This document shows, in pieces, positions 39,301 to 48,763 of a stretch of 64,000 bases of DNA. Each line of letters opens with the position of its first letter. The stretch's first letter is position 1. Source of the stretch: Thermoplasmata archaeon (GTDB taxonomy: Archaea > Thermoplasmatota > Thermoplasmata > Lutacidiplasmatales > UBA184). The notes under the pieces were generated by a model, which saw only the letters and a program-made list of their open reading frames with translations, searched no databases and was not told where the DNA came from. The stretch lies in NCBI GenBank assembly GCA_030041175.1, contig JASHOK010000055.1, forward strand, positions 4,171 through 68,170, read 5' to 3'. A program made the position numbers and the translations under genes.

Positions 39301-39652
39301 CACCGTACTCTACAAGGTCAGCGAGCCGGACCGGCACCCGAACATTCTCGAGGCGCTCGCCGACCAGGGGGTGTCGATCGTCCTCAACGTGCCGCTGTCG
39401 CTCTCGCAGGAGAAGCTCGAACAGATGCTGGAGGACGAATACGTGCTCCGGCGCCGCGCCATCGAGCTCGGGATCCCCTTGTTCACGAGCCTCGAGGTGT
39501 TCCAGGCGTACGTTGAGGGACTCGCCTGGATGAAGGACCACGCGCTGACGGTGGAGCCAACCTACGGACCCCGGGGGTCGGCCCGGACCTCGGGTCCGGC
39601 CGTGACGCTGGGCGTCCGGTTGCCGCTGACCACGCCGCCGGCGTCCCGGTAG
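36350..39652 (+). CDS. carB: carbamoyl-phosphate synthase large subunit
   Basis: 1100 aa. Duplicated ATP-grasp halves and a C-terminal MGS-like domain. 4-nt overlap with carA. Confidence 0.92.
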   Translation: MRPPRYEKIVVLGSGALKIGEAGEFDYSGSQCLRALEEEGVYAVVVNPNIATLQTDPPKHGRVYLQPVRPEFVEPILEAERPDGMMLSFGGQTALDCGIRLADRGAYRRSGVKVLGTPLQGIRDTEDRALFVQAMGRARVPVLPSRAVYSVDDALAAAEVLGTPVMIRVAYTLGGKGGGVARDRAGVREIAERGLRLSPVGQILLERYVGDFKQIEYEIVRDRKGNTLTVCNMENVLAMRVHTGDNIVIAPSQTLNDSEYQLLRQAALRAATEVGIVGECNIQFALDPRSEEYYAIEINARLSRSSALASKATGYPLAYVAAKLALGYTLPELKNRVTGVTTACFEPALDYVVVKLPRWDLDKFERADRRLGPSMKSVGEVMGIGASFPEAIQKAVRMSDPTGDLVPPEAPRPLAEVEPELKHAGPEILFRVLEALETGASVDHIAKLSAIDPWFVEQLSGIVRESRALRRRAGHPLPASRLQSAKELGFSDRAIGRITHHSEAAVRSRRLHLGVRPHVRMIDTLAGEWPARTNYLYLTYRADADDVRPSPKGSALVLGAGPYRIGSSVEFDWSTTNLVAGLKAAGIPSVTILNSNPETVSTDYDRSDRLYFEEITLERVQDLFDLERFRGVVTCVGSQLAQNLTPGLKRTGVPVLGTTPEAIETAEDRSQFARLLERLGIPQPAWKAFTTLEEASAFADEVGYPVLVRPSFVLSGQAMRVIWGRPDLGRFLELALRISREHPVVVTKFVQGADELELDAISDGEKILVAGVLEHVERAGVHSGDAIFSIPPRRTAVAVQEELVRAAEQIAQALRIRGPFNIQYLVKDGQFQIIELNLRASRSLPFLSKFTGLPLIEEAARALLGEPLSRSGWNPPPPDRWGVKVPQFSFLQLVGADPLLGVEMQSTGEVACFGSSFPDALMRGLFAAGWSAPRAAGRAFVSVGGPALKAEMLPIVERLVSLGFGLAATEDTALYLSQAGFSDVTVLYKVSEPDRHPNILEALADQGVSIVLNVPLSLSQEKLEQMLEDEYVLRRRAIELGIPLFTSLEVFQAYVEGLAWMKDHALTVEPTYGPRGSARTSGPAVTLGVRLPLTTPPASR

Positions 39653-39658
39653 CCTCGC

Positions 39659-40369
39659 TCAGCTCTCGTCGGGAGACGGCACCGGCCGCGCCGGCTGCAT
39701 GGGGAACTTCGAGACCGAGTACTCGGGGACGAGCGTGCTGGTGTCCACCACCTCAGGGAGGCCCCGGATCCGTTCGGTGACGAAGTCGAGCACCTGACGC
39801 TTCCGCGTGTTGGCCTCCCGGAACTCGAGGACCAGGAAGGCGTCCCAGTCCCCGGTCAGCAGGTGCAGCTCCCGGACCTCCGGATAGGCGAGTACGATGT
39901 CCTTGATCCGGTCCAGGTCTCCGCCGCGGACCTTGATGTACGTGAAGGCGCGGAGCCGGAACATCTCGGTCGGCATCATGTCGCAGAGCCGTTCCTCCGT
40001 GAATGCCGAGACGCCCTCCAGCCGTTGGCCGGACGCCGAGATCAGGACGGGAAACCGCTCCACGCCCCGCAGATGTTCGGCCACGAGCTTGGTGAGCATG
40101 CTGCCCTTGCCGACATCCACGACCCGAACCCGGTAGCCCCGGCGGGCGGCGGTCTCTTCCGCCATCGCGAGGCAGTGGGCCTGGTCGTCGGACAGGAAGT
40201 AGGCCTCTTCGGCGGCTCCGGCTCCCTCGTCTCCGCCGATGCCCGACGGGAGCACGTCGGCGCGCTCGGCCGCGAGACCGACCCGAGAGGCCGGGGGGCG
40301 ATAGAAGCTGGTGACGACCTTCTTGCTCTGAACGTAGAGCGTGAGCTGTCGACTCTTGTCCTCGACCAT
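39659..40369 (-). CDS. Lrp/AsnC-type ligand-binding (RAM) domain protein with an N-terminal thioredoxin-like extension instead of the usual HTH
   Basis: C-terminal FRLRAFTYIKVRGGDLDRIKDIVLAYPEVRELHLLTGDWDAFLVLEFRE is a canonical AsnC C-terminal domain. The N-terminal 130 aa have no HTH and show a beta-alpha-beta pattern (TLYVQSKKVV...). Confidence 0.55.
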   Translation of the reverse strand: MVEDKSRQLTLYVQSKKVVTSFYRPPASRVGLAAERADVLPSGIGGDEGAGAAEEAYFLSDDQAHCLAMAEETAARRGYRVRVVDVGKGSMLTKLVAEHLRGVERFPVLISASGQRLEGVSAFTEERLCDMMPTEMFRLRAFTYIKVRGGDLDRIKDIVLAYPEVRELHLLTGDWDAFLVLEFREANTRKRQVLDFVTERIRGLPEVVDTSTLVPEYSVSKFPMQPARPVPSPDES

Positions 40370-40437
40370 GGGACCGGAACGGGCAACTGGGAGGCGGTAT
40401 TAAAGAAAAGGTGAGGGAAAAAAGGGGAAAGGGGTTC

Positions 40438-40462
40438 GGACCCGCCCGGTAAGGGCGGGTCC
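40438..40462 (-). terminator. perfect 10-bp stem hairpin (GGACCCGCCC ggtaa GGGCGGGTCC) followed on the minus strand by oligo-T tracts (CCCCTTTCCCCTTTTTTCCC...), located 27 nt downstream of the SSB stop
   Basis: Read from the sequence. The layout matches an archaeal intrinsic terminator (hairpin plus T-runs) for the minus-strand SSB gene. A TTTAATA box for the Lrp-like gene lies in the same spacer. Confidence 0.55.
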
Positions 40463-40488
40463 GGGGTTCCGGTCCGCGGATCGCGGGC

Positions 40489-40989
40489 CTAGTACCGCTT
40501 GTAGCTCTCGGAGCGTTCCCGGCCGCCGCTGTCGCCGCCGCCGCCGTACCGGGATCCGCCACCGCCATAGCCGCCGGAGCCACGGTCACGGTAGCCTCCG
40601 CCGCCGCCCCCGTAGGAGCGCCGCTCGGTTTCGAACTCTTGCTGGCTCATGTCGAGCTGCTGGTTCACGGACGCCACATCGTCGTTCGACTTGGACAGCT
40701 GGCCATACCGGCCCACGTTGAGGCGCATGTGGCCTCGGACCAGAGAGACGTAGCCGTTGTCGATGAGGATGTTCTCGTCCTTCGCGATCGAGCCAATCTG
40801 CTCGTTCCAGAGGGAGAGGGTGATGACCGCCGTGTCATCGCCGATGATCGCCTCCGCCACCTTTCGCGGGTCGCCGTACTTTCCCATCACCTGCTTCGCC
40901 TCGCCCACGTTGACAACCTTCGCGTGTACGTTGACTTGCTTCGAGCTCGGGGTTAGGTCTCGCACTTTCGTCAGGGGTTTGTCTGCCAT
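40489..40989 (-). CDS. ssb: single-OB-fold single-stranded DNA-binding protein (SSB/RPA-like) with a Gly/Arg-rich flexible C-terminal tail
   Basis: OB-fold region (VNVHAKVVNVGE...VITLSLWNEQ...DNGYVSLVRGHMRLNVGRYGQL) and a tail GGGGGYRDRGSGGYGGGGSRYGGGGDSGGRERSESYKRY. Confidence 0.8.
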   Translation of the reverse strand: MADKPLTKVRDLTPSSKQVNVHAKVVNVGEAKQVMGKYGDPRKVAEAIIGDDTAVITLSLWNEQIGSIAKDENILIDNGYVSLVRGHMRLNVGRYGQLSKSNDDVASVNQQLDMSQQEFETERRSYGGGGGGYRDRGSGGYGGGGSRYGGGGDSGGRERSESYKRY

Positions 40990-41278
40990 GTTCTCTGTCG
41001 CCTTCTCTTCGCGTTTCGCGCTTCGTTTTCTCGGGAAACGGCCCGGCCTCCCTCACATCGGGCTGTCGGGCGTCAACGTCCCACGAAAAGTAGGCGGTCT
41101 GACGGCGGCGGCTGGATGGGCTGGAGTCTCGGACCCTTTCAGCGGAAGGACCGGGCCCGGCTATTTAAAGGACCCGGCCCCGCGAGAGGGTGTGGCACGC
41201 CGAGCCGGCCCCGGGCCGGGGGCCGTCAATTCGTCTCGAACACTAGCTTTTTCTGCCTCCCACCGAGGTGAAACCTCG

Positions 41279-42058
41279 GTGAGCCCCGTGACGCGCGAGT
41301 TCGACGTCGGTCTGGAGCTCTTCTCCCGGAAGGAGTACTCACGAGCCGCCAAAGCGCTCGAAGAGGTCCTGCTCGGCGACCCGCACCACGCGCGTGCGTG
41401 GTCCTATCTCGGGATCGCCCTCGCGCATCTCGGACGCGCACCGGACGCCGAGGAGGCTCTCCACCGGGCCCTCGAACTGGCGCCCTGCAACGGGGAGTGC
41501 TGGTTCCACCTGGGCATCGCCGCCACTCTCCGGGGCGATTGGCATGAGGCTGCCGATTCCTTCCGACATGCCACGGCACTGATGCCGAACGACATGTCCA
41601 CCTGGCATCGGCTCGGGGTCGCATTGGCGGAAGCGGGGGATGTGGAGGGCAGCACGGCCGCCTTCGAGCGGGCGCTGATTCTCTCCCGGGAGACCGGTGC
41701 GCCGGACCCGGGCGCCCGACCGCACCGGGGCCCGGTCGACGACCACTTGTCGGAGCCGGGGGAACGCGAGGGTCCCAAGGAAGCCGAGAGCTGGATCTCG
41801 CTCGCCCTGTCGCTTCTTACCCTGGGGGAGGTGGAAGAGGCGGTCGCCGCCTACGAACGAGGGTACAGCGTGGACCCCGAGCGGGCGCGGCACTCGATGT
41901 TCCGCCCGATGCTGAAGCTGTTGACCGCCACTTCCGGGGACAATCCCGAGGACCTGCCGGGCGGCCGGGCCCTGGCCGATGCCCCGGCCTCGCCGCTGCG
42001 GCCGCCGAACCGGCCGGCTCCCCCGGACACGGATGGGCCGCTCTCCGGTATCGGCTGA
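41279..42058 (+). CDS. TPR-repeat protein
   Basis: Four or five 34-aa TPR units (ARAWSYLGIALAHLGRAPDAEEALHRALELAP, etc.). Start proposed at the GTG at 41279, since no ATG is available. The 3' arm of an 8-bp hairpin (41261-41281) covers this start codon. Confidence 0.65.
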   Translation: MSPVTREFDVGLELFSRKEYSRAAKALEEVLLGDPHHARAWSYLGIALAHLGRAPDAEEALHRALELAPCNGECWFHLGIAATLRGDWHEAADSFRHATALMPNDMSTWHRLGVALAEAGDVEGSTAAFERALILSRETGAPDPGARPHRGPVDDHLSEPGEREGPKEAESWISLALSLLTLGEVEEAVAAYERGYSVDPERARHSMFRPMLKLLTATSGDNPEDLPGGRALADAPASPLRPPNRPAPPDTDGPLSGIG

Positions 42059-42073
42059 CGCCGGCTCACGGAC

Positions 42074-43261
42074 CTACGGAAGGGGAATCTCGCCCCGGAC
42101 CACGGGTCCGGAGGCATCGGACCGCTCGCCGCCTTCCAGGATCAGCGACTCTGCAGTGCCGGCGACCGCTTCCTTCCGCTTGGCATGGTCGCTGAGGAAG
42201 TCCTGGACCCGAACGATCAAGCGGGATTTGCACTCGCCGCACAGGAGGGTGCCGGACCGGCAGCCGGCGGTGACCTCCTCGAACTCCGCGTCATTCTTCG
42301 CGAACTTGGACCGCCACTGGGCCCACACCGAGCAGATCTCGGGCACGGCTCCGAGGCGGCGCTGCTCTTCGACGGTCGCCCGTCCGCCCGTGAGGGCGTT
42401 CTTGATCTTCCGCTCGACGTCCTTCGGCCGGTCGGTCAGGAAGATCGCGTTCTCCTTCGAGTCCCCGGTCGTGGACATCACACGCTCGCCGAGCAGGCCC
42501 GGGAGCATGATCGAGTGCAGCAGTGCCGGCTTGGGGTAGCCCAGCGACTCGGCCAGGTCCCGGCTCACGCGGAAGTGGGGATCCTGGTCAATGCCACAGG
42601 GGATCAGGCACGGCACTGGGCGGCCGGCGTACCACGAGGGCCAGAAACAGGGCACCGTCTGGAGGGCAGTATAGAAGATGGCGCCGATGTTCTGGCTGGC
42701 CGAGAATCCGAAGACCGCCTTGACGGTCGAGAAGTTGACGCGTTTGGCCACGTCGACCGCGAGCGGATACATGGCGCCGATCGAGCGCGTGTCGAAGAAG
42801 ACCCGGGTCCGGGCCGGGTCGAAGCCGAGGGCCAGCAGGTCGGCGAGGTTGTCGAGACCCCACCGGTACGTCTCCTGCCGCGAGAGTCCGCCGCGGACCC
42901 AGAACTTCTCGTCGTCGGTGATCTGGATATACATCGGAGCGTCGAACTTCTCCTGGAGCCACCGGCACAGGTCGAAGGGCAGCAGGTGCGAGGTGTGCAG
43001 CGGACCCGAGGGTCCCCGGCCGGAGTAGAGGAAGAAGCCCTGACCACTCGCGGCCTTCTGCAGCGTCTCGGCGAGGTCTCGGTGGGAGAAGTAGATCCCG
43101 CGGGCGAGCAACGGATGGAGCTCTCCGTCTGCCCGGGCCCGGATCTGCGCGAGAAGGTCGGGCGTCAGGTCCTGGGTACCGAAGAGCTCCTTGAGCCGCC
43201 GATAATCGATGTGCCCTTTGACCTCGTACGGTGTGACGACGAACTCCTCCTTCGTCGGCAC
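42074..43261 (-). CDS. trpS: tryptophan--tRNA ligase (archaeal/eukaryotic type)
   Basis: Class I HIGH-like PSGPLHTSH, the archaeal/eukaryotic TrpRS block GIDQDPHFRVSRDLAESLGYPKPALLHSIMLPGLLG, and a KMSKS-like MSTTG. Confidence 0.8.
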   Translation of the reverse strand: MPTKEEFVVTPYEVKGHIDYRRLKELFGTQDLTPDLLAQIRARADGELHPLLARGIYFSHRDLAETLQKAASGQGFFLYSGRGPSGPLHTSHLLPFDLCRWLQEKFDAPMYIQITDDEKFWVRGGLSRQETYRWGLDNLADLLALGFDPARTRVFFDTRSIGAMYPLAVDVAKRVNFSTVKAVFGFSASQNIGAIFYTALQTVPCFWPSWYAGRPVPCLIPCGIDQDPHFRVSRDLAESLGYPKPALLHSIMLPGLLGERVMSTTGDSKENAIFLTDRPKDVERKIKNALTGGRATVEEQRRLGAVPEICSVWAQWRSKFAKNDAEFEEVTAGCRSGTLLCGECKSRLIVRVQDFLSDHAKRKEAVAGTAESLILEGGERSDASGPVVRGEIPLP

Positions 43262-43280
43262 GGCGAAGCCCCTCCCGGCT

Positions 43281-43589
43281 CTAGCCTTCCGGGAACGATA
43301 TCTTTCCGAGAATAACTTCCCGCTCGTGCATCGGAACGCCCATGGAAGAGAGGGCGGAGGCGATGCAGATCCGCTCGTGGGTGTGGTGGACCGTATTGCC
43401 GCAGGTCGGGCAGGTGGTGGAACCCTGGATCAGGCGCCGGAGGCTCTCGCGTCCCTCGGACGAGTCCCGGCGGGCGAATCGGTCGATCAGCACCGAGGCG
43501 CCGGTGGCATTCTCGAGTTCGGTCAACGGTACCCGGATCGGGGTGTTGCACACGAGGCAGCGCGGCATCCGCCGGCAGGTGCACGCCAT
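43281..43589 (-). CDS. small Cys-rich (zinc-ribbon) protein
   Basis: CxxC...CxxC pairs (CLVCNT...CPTCGN); 102 aa; directly upstream and co-directional with trpS. Confidence 0.4.
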   Translation of the reverse strand: MACTCRRMPRCLVCNTPIRVPLTELENATGASVLIDRFARRDSSEGRESLRRLIQGSTTCPTCGNTVHHTHERICIASALSSMGVPMHEREVILGKISFPEG

Positions 43590-43666
43590 AGGGTAGGAGC
43601 GGTAGAACCGTCTCGCCTTAAGCTGTTCTCGAGCCGGAAGGTCGGTCCGGAGCTTCTGCCCACGTC

Positions 43667-44080
43667 TTGGATTTGCGCTCGCGGCCGAAGGCCCGCCGAG
43701 GGATTCAAGTAGGGGAAGCCGAGCTACTTTTGCGTACGCAAGCGACGGATGGACGATCGGATCCGATTCGAGCGACGCTCCTCGCCGTGCTCCGACAGCT
43801 GAACCAGTCGGAGGCCCATCACGAGGGACACGAGCAGGACCAGGCGCTCGAACTCGCCGAGATCGAGTCGCGATTGTCGGACTTCTGGGCGGTCAAGCAG
43901 GGCAAGATCAAGATCCCGTTGGCCGTCGGGCTCCTGCTTCGGAACAAGATGGTCGAGACTCGGGCCGACACGAAGGACTCTTGGCAGCGGCAGCGGCAGG
44001 TCCAGCAGCGGTACCAGATCACGGTCGAAGGGAAGCGGTTTCTGACCGAGGCGGTCACCTCGGAATCTCGCATCAAGTGA
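43667..44080 (+). CDS. hypothetical protein
   Basis: 137-aa ORF with a K/R/Q-rich helical C-terminus, no recognised domain and an uncertain start. Confidence 0.3.
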   Translation: MDLRSRPKARRGIQVGEAELLLRTQATDGRSDPIRATLLAVLRQLNQSEAHHEGHEQDQALELAEIESRLSDFWAVKQGKIKIPLAVGLLLRNKMVETRADTKDSWQRQRQVQQRYQITVEGKRFLTEAVTSESRIK

Positions 44081-44147
44081 GCCCGTCGCACTGACGGTGG
44101 ACCGCCGCGCGCATAGCGTTTAATACGCATCCCTGTCTCGCTCGGTC

Positions 44148-44603
44148 GTGTCACGGATTCACTCCGGCCGGAAGGGTCGTTCCGGCTCCGACCGGCCGTT
44201 TCCGGCGGTTCCGCCCACGTGGCCGATTCCGGAGCCCGCGGAGATCGTGGACCAGGCGGTCCAGCTGGCCAAGGGAGGCCTCTCGGCCGCTCAGGTGGGC
44301 ACCGTGCTGCGCGATACCTACGGCGTCCCTTCCGTGCGCCTCGCTACCGGCGAGCGCTTGACGCCTTTGCTGGCCAAGCAGGGGGTTCGCCCGGAGCTTC
44401 CGGAGGATCTCGCGGCGCTGTTGCGTCGCGTTGTCACGCTGCAGCGCCACCTGACGGAGCATCCGAAGGACCACTCGAACCGTCGGGGCCTCGCGCTCAT
44501 CGAGTCTCGGATCCGGCGGCTGGCCCGGTACTATCGAGACCGGAAACTGCTCCCCGAGACCTGGCGGTACTCCGCCGCCGAGGCGGTCCTCCAGGTGGAG
44601 TGA
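44148..44603 (+). CDS. rps15: 30S ribosomal protein S15 (uS15, archaeal S15P/S13e type)
   Basis: 151 aa. The N-terminal MSRIHSGRKGRSGS and C-terminal RRGLALIESRIRRLARYYR are typical. A GTG start is preceded by TTTAATA about 25 nt upstream, consistent with a leaderless transcript. Confidence 0.85.
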   Translation: MSRIHSGRKGRSGSDRPFPAVPPTWPIPEPAEIVDQAVQLAKGGLSAAQVGTVLRDTYGVPSVRLATGERLTPLLAKQGVRPELPEDLAALLRRVVTLQRHLTEHPKDHSNRRGLALIESRIRRLARYYRDRKLLPETWRYSAAEAVLQVE

Positions 44604-45997
44604 TGCCCTCGGGGCCCGAGCAGTTCGTTGCCCACCCGCTCTATCAGCCGGAGTTCACCCGGGCCCGGGAGCTGCTGCTCGCGACTCCGGGACGCTGGCG
44701 GATCATCTACCACTACGATGGCGATGGGATCGGTGCGGCCTCCGCGCTCGTACGGGCGTTGCGTCGACTCGGCTACGGCTTCCAGACCACGGCACTGAAG
44801 GGGGTCGAACGGGCCCGGATCGAGGCCCTGCTCCAGGCCACGCCCGGGCCGGTGATCGTTACCGACACCGGGGCCAGCTGGCCGGAGTCCTACGTGGCGC
44901 ACCGGTTCCCGGTGATCGTCCTCGACCACCACACCTACCCGGGGTACCCCACCCCTCCGACGTTGCCCGCGCACGTGGCCTTCGTCAACCCGCTCGACTG
45001 GGGCGTCGACGGAATGAATGAGCTGTGCGCCTCGACATTGTGCTGGCTCTTCTCGATCTTCCTCGACCCCAAGAACTGGGACAACGTGCCTTGGGCGCTG
45101 TCCGGGGCCATCCACGACCGTCAGCACGTCGGCGGTTTCCGGGGACTCAACCATACCCTGGTCCAGGAAGCGATGCACCGGAACTTGCTGCACGAGCGGA
45201 AGGAGATCTCGCTGCGGGGATCTACGGTTGCGGCGGCACTCACTGCTTCGATCGACCCCTACTACGTGGGCCTCTCGGGCCGGCCGGAGGCGTCGACGGA
45301 GTTCGTACGCCGCTTGGGTGTGGCTCCCGACGGCCCGGTGGACGGCATCGAGTCGGCCGACCGGGACCGGCTCGCCGCGGCACTCACCGCACGGCTCACC
45401 CAGCAGGGCGCACGACCCGAGTTCTGCGAACGAGTGTGGACGGAACGCTGGACGTTTCCCGGCGAGACGGTCGATGCCGAAGAGCTGTCCCAGCTGCAGA
45501 ATGCCGCCGGCCGTGCGGAGGAGCCGGGGGTCGGGGTCGCGCTCGCCCTTGGCGACCCGGCCGCCGGTCACCGGTGCCGCGGGTTCTGGGAGACGTGGCT
45601 GACGGGCGTGCTGCGGGGGCTCCGTCGACTGGAGGACGAAGGGGCCCATCAAAAGACGGGCCTCCAGTGGTTCCAGAGCCCGGAGCTGACCCTCGCCGGC
45701 ACCCAGGCCGGCCTCGCGATCACCTATTTCCTGGACCCGTACAAGCCCGTCTTCGTGCTGTCCACCAGCGACGGGTCGACCAAGGTCTCCTCTCGAGGGA
45801 CGACCTGGCTGGTCGAGCGGGGCCTGGACCTCGCCACGGCCTGCCGGACCGCGGCCGCCAAGGTCGGCGGCGAGGGTGGCGGCCACCGCGTCGCGAGTGG
45901 CGCAACGATCCCTTCGGATCGAGAGGAGGAGTTCCTTCAAGAGGCCGATCGAATCATCGTTGAGCAGCTGCCGGTTCGCCCGGAGACCTCCTCATGA
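44603..45997 (+). CDS. DHH/DHHA1 phosphoesterase, archaeal RecJ-like (GAN-type) single-strand nuclease
   Basis: DHH motifs ([21 protein letters not shown]) and the DHHA1 GGGH motif ([13 protein letters not shown]). ATG overlaps the S15 stop (TGATG). Confidence 0.75.
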   Translation: MPSGPEQFVAHPLYQPEFTRARELLLATPGRWRIIYHYDGDGIGAASALVRALRRLGYGFQTTALKGVERARIEALLQATPGPVIVTDTGASWPESYVAHRFPVIVLDHHTYPGYPTPPTLPAHVAFVNPLDWGVDGMNELCASTLCWLFSIFLDPKNWDNVPWALSGAIHDRQHVGGFRGLNHTLVQEAMHRNLLHERKEISLRGSTVAAALTASIDPYYVGLSGRPEASTEFVRRLGVAPDGPVDGIESADRDRLAAALTARLTQQGARPEFCERVWTERWTFPGETVDAEELSQLQNAAGRAEEPGVGVALALGDPAAGHRCRGFWETWLTGVLRGLRRLEDEGAHQKTGLQWFQSPELTLAGTQAGLAITYFLDPYKPVFVLSTSDGSTKVSSRGTTWLVERGLDLATACRTAAAKVGGEGGGHRVASGATIPSDREEEFLQEADRIIVEQLPVRPETSS

Positions 45998-48609
45998 GCG
46001 CCCCCGCGAAGAAGCTCCCTCCGATCGACCCGACGGTCACCGTCGACCACGTGAAGGACCACTCGGTCGAGGCCGAGCTGCACAAGTCGTACATCGATTA
46101 CGCGATGAGCGTCATCGTCGGCCGGGCGCTGCCGGACGGCCGGGACGGCCTCAAGCCGGTCCACCGCCGCATCCTCTGGTCGATGTGGGACAGCGGCGGA
46201 ACCCACGACCGGCCGTACCGCAAGTCCGCGCGGATGGTCGGCGACGTGCTCGGGAAGTACCACCCGCACGGCGACATGGCAGTCTACGATGCGCTGGTCC
46301 GGATGGCCCAGCCGTTCTCGCTTCGGTACCTCCTCATCGACGGGCAGGGCAATTTCGGTTCCGTCGACGGCGACATGCCGGCGGCGATGCGGTACACCGA
46401 GGCTCGTCTGTCCTCGCTGTCCGAAGAACTGCTCCTCGATATCGAGAAGGAGACCGTCGAATGGACGGACAACTTCGACGGTTCGCTCAAGGAGCCCCTG
46501 GTCCTTCCGTCCAAGGTTCCGAATCTCCTGGTGAACGGATCCGCCGGGATCGCGGTCGGCATGGCGACCAACATGCCGCCGCACAACCTCTCCGAGATCG
46601 TCGACGCCCTCCTCCTGCTCCTCCAGAAGCCGGATGCGACCCTGGACGAGATCATGCAGCTCGTCCCGGGGCCCGACTTTCCCACCGGGGGCATGCTGGC
46701 GGCGAACGAAGGCATCCGGGAGGCCTACGAGACCGGCCGGGGACTGCTCCGGCTCCGGGGCCGAGCCGAGAAGCGCGAACGGGATGGAAAGGACGAGATC
46801 GTGATCACGGAGATCCCGTACGAGGTCAACAAGTCGCAGCTGCTCCAGCTGATGGCGGACCTGGTTCGCGACAAGCGGATCGACGGCGTCGCCGACCTCC
46901 GGGACGAGTCGGACCGACACGGCATGTCGATCGTCGTTGAGCTCAAGCGCGACGTGCCGGTCGAGATCGTCCTCAACCGGATCTACGAGCACACACCGCT
47001 CGAGACGACGTTCGGCGTGATCAATCTGTGTCTCATCGACGGCCGGCCGAAGGTCCTCGGCCTCAGGCCGCTGCTCGAGGTTCACCTGGAGCACCGGCGG
47101 AAGGTGTTGACCCGGCGGACGACCTTCGACCTCGCCCGAACGCAGGAGCGGCTCCACCTGCTGGAGGGGTTCCTGATCGCCATCGACCACATCGACGAGG
47201 TGATCCGCATCATCCGCCGGTCCAAGGATGCCGAGACCGCCTCCACGTCGCTGATGGGCAAGTTCCTCCTCTCCTCCGAGCAGGCGAAGGCGATCCTGGA
47301 CATGCGGCTCGCCCGCCTCACTCAGCTCGAGCGCGAGGCGGTCGAGAAGGAGACCCACGAGAAGGAGGCGCTCGTCGTCCGTCTCAAGGAGATCCTCGCC
47401 TCGCCCCACGAGCTCGACGGCCTCATCGCCGAGGAGCTTCGCGACGTCAAGGAGCGCTTCGGCGACGCCCGCCGCACCACGATCGTTCCGGGCTTTACCG
47501 AGCGTACGCTCGAGGACCTCATCCCGGACACCGATGTCGTCGTGCTCGTCACCCATGACGGGTACATCAAGCGGCTTCCGCTCGACAGCTACCGGCGGCA
47601 GCGGCGGGGCGGCAAGGGCCTCATCCAGATGGAAACCAAGGAGGAGGACTTCGTCACCCGGACCTTCGTGGGACGAACCCACGACAATATCCTGTTCTTC
47701 ACGACCCTGGGCCGCGTCTACCGGCTCAAGGCGTACGAGCTTCCCGAAGGAAGCCGTCACTCGAAGGGAAAGGCGATCATCAATCTCCTGCCGAAGCTCA
47801 AGGACGGGGAGAAGATCCAGACCCTGCTCCTGGTCCGCGACCTCGAGCAGACCGGCGACCTGGTCTTCGCCACCCGTGCCGGGCTCGTGAAGCGGACCGG
47901 CCTCGACCAGTTCCAGAACATCCGAACGAACGGTATCCAGGCCGTTCTCCTCGAGGAGACGGACGCGCTGGTGGATGTCCAGCTCATCGCGGACGAGGCG
48001 GTCGAGATCCTGCTGGCCACGCGGGCCGGCCAGCTCGTCCGGTTCCCCGTGGGCGAGATCCGGCGCATGGGCCGGGCCACCTACGGCGTTATCGGGGCCC
48101 GACTCTCCGATGAAAAGGATGACCAGGTCGTGTCCATGACGGTCGCCAGCGCGGCCTACCCGTACCTGCTCTCGCTCACCTCCACGGGCTTCGGCAAGCG
48201 CAGCCCGACCGAGGAGTACCGGCGCACCCACCGGGGGGCCAAGGGTGTACGGACGATCCGTACCGGCGGCCGGAACGGCCAGGTCGTGGCGGTGCTCCCG
48301 ACGCGGGACGACCAGGAGCTGCTCGTTACCACCCAGTGGGGCATCACGATCCGGGCCCCGATCGAGGGCATCCGGGCCCAGGGGAGGAACACGCTGGGCG
48401 TTCGGGTGATCCGACTGGAGGAAGGGGACACGGCCAAGGACGCGGTCGCCCTCATTCCCCCGGGCGAAACGGAGGAGAGCCGGCCCGGGAACCCCCCGAC
48501 GCCGCCGCCCGGCCCGACGCCTCCGGGCGAGGACGACGACGAGATGCCCGAGGGACCGGACGAGGAGCCTCCGGAGGACGACGATGAAGCGTCGCCGGCC
48601 CCGGGGTAA
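45994..48609 (+). CDS. gyrA: DNA gyrase subunit A, with an acidic Pro-rich C-terminal tail
   Basis: [26 protein letters not shown] and the active-site Tyr region; 871 aa. No gyrB is adjacent. Confidence 0.92.
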   Translation: MSAPAKKLPPIDPTVTVDHVKDHSVEAELHKSYIDYAMSVIVGRALPDGRDGLKPVHRRILWSMWDSGGTHDRPYRKSARMVGDVLGKYHPHGDMAVYDALVRMAQPFSLRYLLIDGQGNFGSVDGDMPAAMRYTEARLSSLSEELLLDIEKETVEWTDNFDGSLKEPLVLPSKVPNLLVNGSAGIAVGMATNMPPHNLSEIVDALLLLLQKPDATLDEIMQLVPGPDFPTGGMLAANEGIREAYETGRGLLRLRGRAEKRERDGKDEIVITEIPYEVNKSQLLQLMADLVRDKRIDGVADLRDESDRHGMSIVVELKRDVPVEIVLNRIYEHTPLETTFGVINLCLIDGRPKVLGLRPLLEVHLEHRRKVLTRRTTFDLARTQERLHLLEGFLIAIDHIDEVIRIIRRSKDAETASTSLMGKFLLSSEQAKAILDMRLARLTQLEREAVEKETHEKEALVVRLKEILASPHELDGLIAEELRDVKERFGDARRTTIVPGFTERTLEDLIPDTDVVVLVTHDGYIKRLPLDSYRRQRRGGKGLIQMETKEEDFVTRTFVGRTHDNILFFTTLGRVYRLKAYELPEGSRHSKGKAIINLLPKLKDGEKIQTLLLVRDLEQTGDLVFATRAGLVKRTGLDQFQNIRTNGIQAVLLEETDALVDVQLIADEAVEILLATRAGQLVRFPVGEIRRMGRATYGVIGARLSDEKDDQVVSMTVASAAYPYLLSLTSTGFGKRSPTEEYRRTHRGAKGVRTIRTGGRNGQVVAVLPTRDDQELLVTTQWGITIRAPIEGIRAQGRNTLGVRVIRLEEGDTAKDAVALIPPGETEESRPGNPPTPPPGPTPPGEDDDEMPEGPDEEPPEDDDEASPAPG

Positions 48610-48763
48610 GATCGTCCGGAGCTGCCCCTACTGCCGGTCGAGCCGGCTGATCTTCGAGGGCGCGCTGATCCTGGGCCAGCTCTACCGGTGCCTCGACTGC
48701 GGCTACGTGGGACCGCTCGTGCTGGAAGAGGAGGTCCCGGACTCCGGGACTCCGCCGAGCTGA
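48584..48763 (+). CDS. small zinc-ribbon protein (59 aa), not in the provided ORF track because it falls below the size cutoff
   Basis: ATG at 48584 to TGA at 48761-48763. Sequence [59 protein letters not shown] carries two CxxC knuckles. It overlaps the gyrA 3' end (out of frame) and the folP 3' end (convergent). Confidence 0.35.
   Translation: MKRRRPRGKIVRSCPYCRSSRLIFEGALILGQLYRCLDCGYVGPLVLEEEVPDSGTPPS

Noticed and set aside
45937-48231. 764-aa minus-strand ORF spanning gyrA
   Set aside because: Antisense shadow ORF typical of about 70% GC DNA: low-complexity Arg/Gly/Asp-rich translation with no motifs, whereas the plus strand encodes an unmistakable GyrA.
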